Under the pieces are notes generated by a model. The model had not been told where the DNA came from and searched no databases. It saw only the letters and a list, made by a program, of their open reading frames with translations. This document shows, one piece after another, positions 54,710 to 64,000 of a DNA stretch of 64,000 nt. Position 1 is the first letter of the stretch. Each line of letters begins with the position of its first letter. The stretch is from Rhizophagus irregularis (lineage: Eukaryota). The position numbers and the translations under genes are program-made. The stretch covers positions 2,914,001 to 2,978,000 of the forward strand of contig NC_089435.1 of the NCBI RefSeq assembly GCF_026210795.1, given 5' to 3'.

Positions 54710-56878
54710 AATTTTATTGTTAATGTATATAAAGCGGTAAAAAAAATATAAGATAAAAAGAATTTTAATAATTTGTTTTTTTTTTTGAATGAAAGTATTT
54801 GACTTTCTTTTATAATAATTTGAATATCTAGTAAATCAATGCTCTTAATGATATTTAGAATTAAATTAACCTTATTTGTGACCCACAAAAGCGCAAAATG
54901 AACAAAAGAACCTGTTATTGTAAATATAAATGCTAAACAATAACCGATAACTTTCATTACGCGCAGAAAAAGTAATGTCAGAGCTTGCGCGATGAAATTA
55001 TTATAGTAAAAGTAAAAGTAAATTATAAAATGACCTTTTGTTTGACATAAACAGGTAGTATGTTCCAAATTTATTTAGTGATATACCCAAAGGTTATTAT
55101 CGATTTATCGATTGTAATTGTTGCTAAAACATTTAAAGCATCTATAAAGAAAAAATTAGAATAACTAAAAAGTAAAATATTGACAAATATGGCAGTACAA
55201 ATACTGCAATGTGTCTACACTCTACATTATGCACAGCAATTTATCTGCGGTAGTAACAGGATTTAATGTCAAAAAGGAATCATACACATGTTATCCCTGA
55301 TCGGCACCATTTGTAATGGTGCCGATCAGATTACTATTCAATTTTAATACTAACTTTTAAATTACAGTATGATTTCTCGAATTTTTTTTCCTTTTTTTCT
55401 AATATTTTTTTTTATATGAGCGTCATTAAATTAAAAATGAAGTCAACATTTCTTCATAAATAGAATCATTTTTTTAAAGAATTTTTTTAATTTTATAATT
55501 TAACATTTAATTTTATAATTAGTAAGATATTTTGTTAAAAACAATATTCGAAGTTGCACAAAAATACAAAAATGCAAAGTCGTACTATTGTACGAAAACT
55601 CAAATTAGTACGAAAATTTTAAAACTTTCGTACGTACTAGACGTACGAACAAAAAAAACACACGTACGTACTAATTTGCGTTACCGTACGCTGAAAATTT
55701 GATTACATAATGATTGACATTTACCGAAATCTTCCATCCGTTTTTTTTTTATTTAACTGATAACGGTAAAAGAATAGATAACCTATTTTTTTAATTAAAA
55801 AAAAAAGAAAAAATAATTTTATTTATTTGTGATATTATTTTATGGTAATAAATATTTTTTTTGATGGCTCTTTTTTTTATCATAGTAATCATAGTAAATA
55901 AATTATTAATAAATAAATAATTTTTTTTTTTTAAAAAAAAAATTTCATGGTTAGTACAGTACGATCAATACGATCTAAAAACAATGCTACTAGACACATT
56001 ACACAGGCTTTTCGGCATTCTAATCTCCAAGCCAATAATTGCGAAAATCATATCGCATAATTTTCAACCTGTATCCTAAAAAGAGAAATGTACTACTTAA
56101 ACATATTCAAGAAATAGAAAAAACAGAAGCACTTATAATTGAAGAAGATATTAGAGGATTAGAGGATAGTGAAATAACAGCTAACAATTTACGGATAGGG
56201 AGTTTGAAAGAACACTGGTTTTACATTTATTTTTTCCCATAGGTGTAAACTCGGCTTTGTCACACGACTGGTTTTATAACTTCTATATACTTTCCACCCT
56301 CTCTTCTTTTCTTTATAATTTTGCGTTAACGAAATCAGATTTTCTTCCAATACCACAAAGTTCATGTAAAACCAACCATATGAATAATCGGATAAATTTA
56401 TTAAATAAAGAATTTTAAATCAAAAAAATAATAACTCAAAATCATGTACTAAAAATTATTAATAGTTACTACTTAGTACTTCAATAATTTTCTGATAATT
56501 TACTTTGAATAATTTATTAAATTTTACGTTAGAAAATTTACAATAATTAATAAATTTTACAACTCAAAATTGTAACAATATTATTTATTAATAAAATATT
56601 AGCAATTTTTTCTCGAAAGATATATTTTCGAATAATTAATAATTTAAAATTTAAAATTCTTTTTGTTAATTGGATTTTGAAAACATAATAAAATAATCAT
56701 GAGTAATTTTTATTGAACATTTTTATCCTAATTATGAAAAAAAAAACCAAGAAAATAGAAATAATCGAAAAATAATGAAATGTAATAATTAAAAAAAAAA
56801 TGAAATGAAATGAACTAAACTTAAATGAAAAGAAATATTATAAATAAACTAATTAAAGTTGAACTTTCATTTGTAAAA

Positions 56879-57001
56879 GCTAAATTTTTTATATTACTTT
56901 CATATAAAATAATCATATTGATAAGGACCGTTTGGTTATGCTAAATTTTTTATATTACTCTCATATAAAATAATCATATTGATAAGGACCGTTTGGTTAT
57001 G
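56879..57001. repeat. 61-bp tandem duplication
   Basis: GCTAAATTTTTTATATTACTYTCATATAAAATAATCATATTGATAAGGACCGTTTGGTTAT occurs twice with one mismatch. Confidence 0.9.
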
Positions 57002-57714
57002 TTAAAAAATTTATAGTAATGTTAGATTAAAGCTAATTTAATAATTTAAAATTAAATATTTTAGCTATATAAAGAATAAAAAATGAGTTATCATTCAAAC
57101 CTTAAAAGTAAATAAAAAAAAAAGAGGAATTAGTTCGTTTATTTTACTCAAAAAATGTATTAATAGAGCCCTTAACTTTTAGGAAGAATTCTGTAATCCA
57201 TCTTGCATACTGTAAGAAACAGTTCCGTTTACTAAAATTGAAGCTGTAGGTATCATTATTTGAATATACTTGGGAATTAGATTGAGTATTATAGTTGAAT
57301 ATCATTTTACTGATAAATAGGATACTGGACTTGTTGCTGAATCTGTTGTTGAATTAGGATTGTAAATTATAATGATGCGACCAACTGGTAATTAGGAATG
57401 TGAGATAGATTGATTCTATCATTCAAGAGTCTCACATTTTCTAATGGGTGTAATTCGGTATACTGATATGTATATACGTTTCTCCTAAGTCCATTTCACC
57501 GGAAGACTTGTCGCAGAAGTCATTTCATCAAAAGGATGTTTCGCCGAAGGGTCCGAATGGAAATTTCTCTGAATGGACATTACGCCGAAACTTTTCCCGA
57601 ATCATCCATTCACCGACACCAAATAGGTCGGTCATTCCGAAAATGTCAGCGATTGACATTCTATCATTAAAATTCAATCTAATACCCTATTTTTTTTTAT
57701 TAAAATATATTAAT

Positions 57715-57833
57715 GAAAATTGCTAAAGCTCACCGTCACGTTATGATGTACTTTCGGCCAGAATTAAAAATCAAATAAAATACTGGCCAGCATTACATCA
57801 TAATTTCACCACCGGTGATGTTTAGCAATACCC
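57715..57833. mobile_element. Small palindromic MITE (~120 bp)
   Basis: Nested inverted pairs ATTGCTAAAGCTCACCG / CGGTGATGTTTAGCAAT, TTATGATGTA / TACATCATAA, GGCCAG / CTGGCC. Confidence 0.6.
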
Positions 57834-58162
57834 AATATTAAATTATTAATAATGTTTTTAGTAACAAAATTTTCGTAAAGAAAATTGTCATTTATCGCTA
57901 TAGCGACATATCGCCAGTCTATACAGATCATGTGATTTATTGATTTAAACTCGTGATTTGCTTTTTTTAAACTATAATTAGATTATGAAAAAAAGATTAT
58001 CGTTATTTTTTTCTCACGATTGTCTCTCTCTTTTTCATTTACCAACAATTTTAAACTTTCATTAATAACGACCAATACATCCTTGCTTATTTCACTCCTT
58101 TTACTCATAAACAAACTTTTTTTTTACTCTTTTGTATTATTTTTATATGGTAAATATATGAT

Positions 58163-59157
58163 ATGGACGAAGAAAGTAGACATGAAAGTCCTAATAATGG
58201 TACGTTAATAATAAGCATTAGGCTTATCTTTATATTGGTGTTGGGATCGCGTTAGGGTTAGGGTTAGGGTTAGTTTGTTTAGGATTAGGATTTAGGGTTA
58301 GAAATTAGTGTTAGGGTTAGGTTAGGGTTAGTTTGTTTATAGTTTATAAGTATCTAACTCTTCCTTTTTTTAGTTATTTGTAGTGGGCAACCTATATTAT
58401 TCAATGAACATGATACTGTATCTTTGTATTCAGGAAAGACCTTTATGTCGTGGGAAGAATGTGAACAATTTTTGAATGAATGGGCAAAGAGTCAAGGTTT
58501 TCATATAATTAAAGATCGTGTAACCCGTTGCCTTTCAATCGTACAAAGTGGAATAATTTGCAGACATTACTTTCAAGTAATGTTAGCTACCAAAGAAGCT
58601 TTTTTCATATTCAATTTATTCCAAAGCGATGGTATAATATAAACAAAGATGGATCGCAAGAACCATTCTTGGTTGCTGATAAATTTATACAAGATGATCA
58701 ACAACATTTTTCTTATGATTTTAATGATTCTTCAAGTTTATGTTTATTTAATCGGAATAATAGGGAAATTGATGAAGAAAAATTGACAATTCTTGAACAA
58801 AAAATTAAATATGGCAAATTACACGGAATGTATAAGAAGGCTCTGAACAAGGCATTGCAGTCTAATTCTAAATCAGAGCAACTCATCAATTTATTACAAA
58901 ACTTTGCAGAGGAAGAAGAATCAAATCTATCAGGTTCTGATGAATTAGAGTTGCAACAAGAAATCATTACAGGTGATAAGGAAAATTTTGATCCTTCAAT
59001 ACCAAAGTTACAAAATCCTAAGATACGTCGTGGAAAAGGCTGACCATTAGGCACAAAACGCTTTAAGTCTTCTTGTGAAGCAAATAAAACCAAATCAAGA
59101 ACACAACGTCATTGTAAAAGATGTGGGTTGGCCGGTCATTATCAAAAGAATTGCAAG
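58163..59157 (+). pseudogene. MULE transposase relic lacking the DDE core
   Basis: Intron 58200-58373; FAR1-like start (GKTFMSWEECEQFLNEWAKSQGFHIIK) joined directly to a SWIM tail (C....GIICRH); frameshift near 58600; TGA at 59041 in KG*PLG; C-terminal zinc knuckle CKRCGLAGHYQKNC. Confidence 0.85.
58251..58331 (+). repeat. Interstitial telomere-like (TTAGGG)n array
   Basis: GTTAGGGTTAGGGTTAGGGTTAG followed by degenerate units and further TTAGGG. Confidence 0.85.
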
Positions 59158-59640
59158 GTATTTTCGTATAGCCTTTTTACGATTCTTTTGCTTTTTATTT
59201 ATACTATGATTATCATTATGCATTTTATTAGGAAGAAGCAGTTAATAACTAGTTGATTTTTTTATTGAGATATAATAACGCTTACAATAATGCATTATTT
59301 GCTTGTTATATTATTTACTTGTAAATTATTTATTCGCTAATAATTGCTAATATAATAAAAAATGTATAATTAACGATAAGTCACATGCCATGTAAATCAC
59401 GTGATTATATGGACTGGCGATATATCGCTATAGCGATAAAAAATAAAACCCTTTCGTAAATATCATTTGAATATTTGGAAAAATATGATTTAAAATTTTT
59501 GGCAAAATAACTTCAGTAAAAAGTCCTTTGGAGAAATTTCGTGTGGGAATTTGTAAGATGAATATTTAACTTATTTTATTGTGCATTTATAGGTAGGTTA
59601 TAATATTATGTCATTTTTTTAATTAATTTTTTAAATGACT

Positions 59641-59725
59641 CCCTATAAAAAAATTTCCAATAAATGATCATTTTTCTAGTTTTTATTCAGACACGTACCC
59701 ATTTTCTGAAAAATTTTTTATAGGG
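59641..59725. mobile_element. 85-bp MITE with CCCTATAAAAAAATTT termini
   Basis: CCCTATAAAAAAATTTCC ... AAAAATTTTTTATAGGG. Confidence 0.7.
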
Positions 59726-60125
59726 ACAGCGTAGTGCAATTTATTAATCAGGTTTCGTGGAATTACAAAATATAATTAAATTATTTTTTAATTAATCGAT
59801 CAATGAAAAATAATTAAATGTTAAATATCTTAACAATATTTAATAGAAAAAAAAAATAAAGGAAGGAAATGAATTTATCATACTATGAATCCCTGTCACA
59901 TACACGCATGCACGTTGTTGATCACATATACTGTATACTTGCCGCCCATTTAAATGGGGTGATGGGATGGGAGTCCCATCCATTCCCATTCCCATCCCAA
60001 ATCCCATTTCCTATAATTTCAGCCAAATTTTATAATTCCGGCCAAAATTTCCTTTTTGGGCACTTGAGTAACGTTACACAATCCAAAAAAGGCAATTTTG
60101 ATTCTCATCAAAAACGGGGGAAATG

Positions 60126-61299
60126 AGTTGGTCTGCCATATCTATGAGGTCTGCATTGATATCCTCAGTTTGGATTTGTACGAGAAGTGAGTCTGTGTCT
60201 GTATAACATAACTGGATTTTTTCACCATATCGTACTTTAAGAGTATCATAGTAGAATTGAGGTTGAGCACACTCATACCCATATATGGGGATGCCTGCAG
60301 CAAAAGCTGGGGCTCGGCAAATCACATAATTTTGTGAAAAATCACAATTTAATATTATTGGTTAATTTAGTAAATCGCAATTTATTTTATCATTTTTAAA
60401 GATTTTTAAAATCAGTTTTTTGCAAACTAGGGTAAAATTTTGCAAGGAATTCATTAAAACATTGGTTTTTTTTCTAGCAAGTTTATATTATCCATTAAAT
60501 ATAATAAAATAAAAATACAAAAATCATAAATTATAAAATATTATATTTTTTTAATATACTATGAATAAAAAAATTTTTTTTTCTCTAAAAGATTGGATTA
60601 ATAAATATATAATTATAATAAAATTTTAAAATCAAAATTTTGGCCAAGCCCCGGCTTTTGCTGTGGGCGTCCCCATATGTTGGACGGTTAAGCATTACCT
60701 CCACTTTTCGTCAGTCGATTGTGACAAGATTTTCTGAGAATATTTTATGACCTTTGAATGCAGGATCTGAGGTAAGCTTTTTATATTTCTTGGGATGGAT
60801 TTGGGGCTGTACTACTGAGACACGTACACGTTTCCTGAGATTTTCCATAATTTTACCAAATACACTATTATTCATGAATTTATAGAAGTCCTTCTCAAAA
60901 TCGTTCTTAGCCTTAGCACGTTCGGCAATATTAAATTCTATATATGGTTTCATCCATGGAGCCTGCTCGAATTTTATAGCTTCATAGACCTTCTTGATTA
61001 CTAAGCCTTGGCTAACATAATACTGGAGATTTCTATAATGAACTACATATTCATCCTTATCGAATAGGTTAGGGATGAGCTTATCTGTGGGTGTGTATCG
61101 TTATCCTGAGCGTGCTATTATTTTCTGCTGCTTTTTACTAAGCCATTCCTTCTTGACCTTCATTCGTTCTGGTGCAAGGGGGTAATCTGTGTGTTTTGAA
61201 TGGAGGGCTTGGGGATATTCCAGTTTAACTTTAAGGATATATCCTTCAGAAGAATCGTCTGGTATTTCATTACTTTCTATTTGTTTTTGAATGTTATTA
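60126..61299 (-). pseudogene. Protein-primed family B DNA polymerase relic, Polinton/Maverick (adintovirus)-type
   Basis: GYILKVKLEYP..H.DYPLAPE, KLIPNLFDKDEYVVHYRNLQYY, WMKPYIEFN, KDFYKFMNNSVFGK (motif B), CYTDTDSL (motif C); stop at 61101-61103, small deletions and a MITE insertion. Confidence 0.9.
60287..60674. mobile_element. 388-bp non-autonomous TIR element with 4-bp TSD (Sola-like, tentative)
   Basis: TIRs GGGGATGCCTGCAGCAAAAGCTGGGGCTCGGC and (reverse complement) GGGGACGCCCACAGCAAAAGCCGGGGCTTGGC; ATAT on both flanks. Confidence 0.85.
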
Positions 61300-61515
61300 G
61301 GGTTTTCAATAAATTTGATCTGCATGAAAATATCGTAATACACAATATGAACACAAATGTGAACACAAACTGATCACAGATCACATGATTAACACAAATT
61401 AGCCAATAAAGTTACACAATTATAAATTTAAATTTTATATTCGAAGATATAAAAATTTTTTAAATTTTCATTATTTACGCATTTTTACTTATTTAAATAC
61501 GCGTTTTTTTATTCT

Positions 61516-63344
61516 ATGAATATACAAAAGCCAATTGCAAGGAACTATCAGCCTGGTACCTGTTACTTATGTCAACTTTATTTGACTTGTAACAAGAGTC
61601 TTGCTTTTGATACGTGTAAATGTGATGCAACTGAAAAACCCAAAAATAAGCAAAAAAAAAGAGAATGCTATAGTAGGATTTATAATTCGAAAGATAATGG
61701 AAAGCTTATACAATTACAAATTGATAAACTGAAGGAATGTGATAAGTATTTTGGATATTGTTCTAATTTTGATGGATATTTTCATTTTTCTTTATGTACA
61801 AAGTGTCACAATATATTTGCAAGGTTAAAGAGAAATAATACAAAAAAAAAACAGACATTTGAATTAAATTTAGATCCATATGATTCCACAACTACTACAC
61901 TTCCAGCTTCATCACATTCGACTTCTCCAATATTGATTTCTCCACTATCGACTTCTCCACCAAGTTCTCCTACTCATGCTGAAGATTCAACATATTCAAG
62001 CAGTGATTATGATTGTGATATTACAGAATTCAATTTCAATTTTATTATAAGACCTTGTAATGAAAAAGCGAGGCCAGCAAAGTGGGAATCTTTTAAAGTT
62101 TTTACATTTATAGAATTTGAAGACGAAATTTTAGAATTAGTACAAAACCAATTTGATACTTTTATAAAAAAAGATAATTATATCATCATTTATAAAAGTT
62201 CAATACACGGAATGGGTATACAACTAATAGATAAAAGATGTTGGAAGAAATTTTTATTAGATTATCAAAAAATTTTATCTAGCAAAAAGGAATTATTTGT
62301 TATTGTAGAAATAAAGGAAAAAAGAAATAAAAGATTGAAAAGGTAAAGTATATAACCTAATAATATAAATTATTGTTTAATATTTTTAATATTTTTATAT
62401 TTTTATTTGGAATAGCGATGTAGATTTAGAAATTAGTCAACTATCCGATCAAAGAAAAGTATCAAAATCATCTAGTAATATTGTTCCTAAGGAGAGTAAT
62501 ATTGATGAAGAGAGTTCAAAAAAAGCCGCTATTATAATGGAATTGACTAAAAAATGGTTTTGTCAAGAATATTCTCGAACTTGTTTTATTGATACAACAA
62601 GACATATTCAATTAACTCCCCATCATCTTACTAGTTGGGCTAATGCAATTGTAAGTTTTAAAATTTTAATTTTTATGATTGCAATTAAATTAAACCATAT
62701 AATTAAATCTAATTTATTTAAATAAATTTAAGGAAAGAGGATTTGCAAGCGTTGATGACCCTCCAGCTGTACCTTTATTCAATTCAACTAAAAAAAAAGA
62801 AATACCATTAACACAATATAATCCTCAAATTTCTCAAAATTCTCAATTTTCTCCTTTTATTAATCCTTTATTATATCAACATTTGTTTAATCAATTTATG
62901 CAAACAAATTCTTACTTTTTACCATCATCTAGTAGCGAAAATTCTCATTTTTTGTCTAATAGTAATCTGACACAAATGCAAAATTTTACAAATACAAAAA
63001 TTGCGCAAGAAAATTACGCAAATGGGAACACAAATACAAATATGAACACAAATTTTTTACACGAAGGTAATGCAGGGACAAATACAAATACAAATACAAA
63101 TATCATACAAGATAACTCTGTAAATACGCAATTACAAAAGATAACTATAGAACAATTTTTGGAGGATTTAGATAAAGAGTATGGTGCCAACACGTTTACA
63201 AAATATCTGGATGCTTTTAAAGAACAAGAGGTTGATGTATTAGATATTATCAATTTTAAAGATAATGACTGGATTACATTAGGAATTGAAAAAGTTGGAC
63301 CAAAAAGTAAGATCATTAGAGCGTTAGATAAATATAATAAATAG
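61516..63344 (+). CDS. ~557-aa protein with N-terminal Cys-rich putative Zn-binding region and C-terminal SAM-like domain; exons 61516-62342, 62416-62650, 62733-63344
   Basis: Two GT-AG introns join the ORFs in frame; CYLC..C..CKC and LCTKCH motifs; C-terminal YLDAFKEQEVDVLDII..DWITLGIEKVGPKSKIIRAL fits a SAM consensus. Confidence 0.82.
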
Positions 63345-63421
63345 TTATAATGTTAACATTGTAATCCATGTTGTAATACAATATAATTTTCAGAATAAAT
63401 TCTAATAAAGTTTTATTATAA

Positions 63422-64000
63422 TCAAAAATAAATTGAAGATTTATAAAAAGCTTTAGCCATATCAGGAGTAATTTGTCCACAAGCTAATAATAAAGCAAAA
63501 TAAGGATCTAAACAAAACTCTATATAATCCTTATTTTTTTTCAACCAACTTTTAATAACTGAAAATGCCAATTCAATTGGATTATAATCTGGCGAATAAG
63601 GAGGTAAAAAAACTACTTTACAACCAACACTTTCAATAATTCTAATTAATTCTGCATTATGATGAATTACTGCATTATCCATAACTAATACACTATTCTT
63701 TTGTGGATATGGATTCATTAACAGTAACTATAAAAAATTAGAGTTATAATTAATAAAATTAATAATCAAATTTACAATTTTCACGTTAAATTTCCTTAAT
63801 TAAAGAAATATACACTTACGACTTGTGATAAAATAAACGTACAAAATCTTTCTTTGTTACAACTGCCTACCATGATATCTACTGCTAAGATACCATCTAA
63901 AGAAAGTGCAGGTAGTATAGTGTATCTTGTTCCTCTTAAAAATACTACTTTTTGAATTGCAGAAGTATTTTTAGGTGAATAGCCATAACGTCTAGATAAA
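63422..64000 (-). CDS. IS630/Tc1-family DD34E transposase, 3' part; exons >64000-63820, 63727-63422
   Basis: RRYGYS..RGTRYTILPALSLDG, then VLVMDNAVIHH..FLPPYSPDYNPIELAFS with 34 residues between D and E; GT-AG intron 63819-63728. Confidence 0.92.

Larger units (their letters stand above)
57880..59451 (+). mobile_element. Internally deleted Mutator-like element (MULE)
   Basis: 9-bp TSD TTTCGTAAA (57871-57879, 59452-59460); TIRs sharing TTTATCGCTATAGCGA-ATATCGCCAGTC; transposase relic inside. Confidence 0.9.

Noticed and set aside
54694..57726. ORFs 54694-55068, 56039-56242 and 57508-57726
   Set aside because: Non-ATG starts, no recognisable motifs, and overlap with promoter or repeat DNA.
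58251..58331. True chromosome end
   Set aside because: Short, degenerate and inside a TSD-bounded element with ordinary sequence on both sides.

Overview
AT-rich, intron-containing eukaryotic DNA. The gene content (Sel1-repeat and CxxC-led TKL-type kinases, tandem BTB-BACK-TLDc genes) is typical of arbuscular mycorrhizal fungi (Glomeromycotina, Rhizophagus-like); this assignment is an inference. From left to right: the 3' part of a Sel1-repeat kinase gene; an inverted pair of paralogous kinases (the left one has a nonsense codon) flanking an intronless 138-aa Gly-rich beta-type protein gene; a seven-member BTB-BACK-TLDc array (two intact copies, three disrupted copies, two relics); decayed ORFs and MITEs; a kinase-Sel1 gene with a GC-AG intron; a kinase apparently spliced to a long spectrin-like rod; and an AAA+ ATPase. 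The last ~6.5 kb is a transposon pile-up: an internally deleted Mutator with telomere-like repeats in its intron, a Polinton/Maverick-type protein-primed PolB relic split by a MITE, and an intact Cys-rich/SAM-domain gene tail-to-tail with a DD34E IS630/Tc1 transposase, which may form a two-gene transposon. All gene models and domain calls were made by eye, without database searches.
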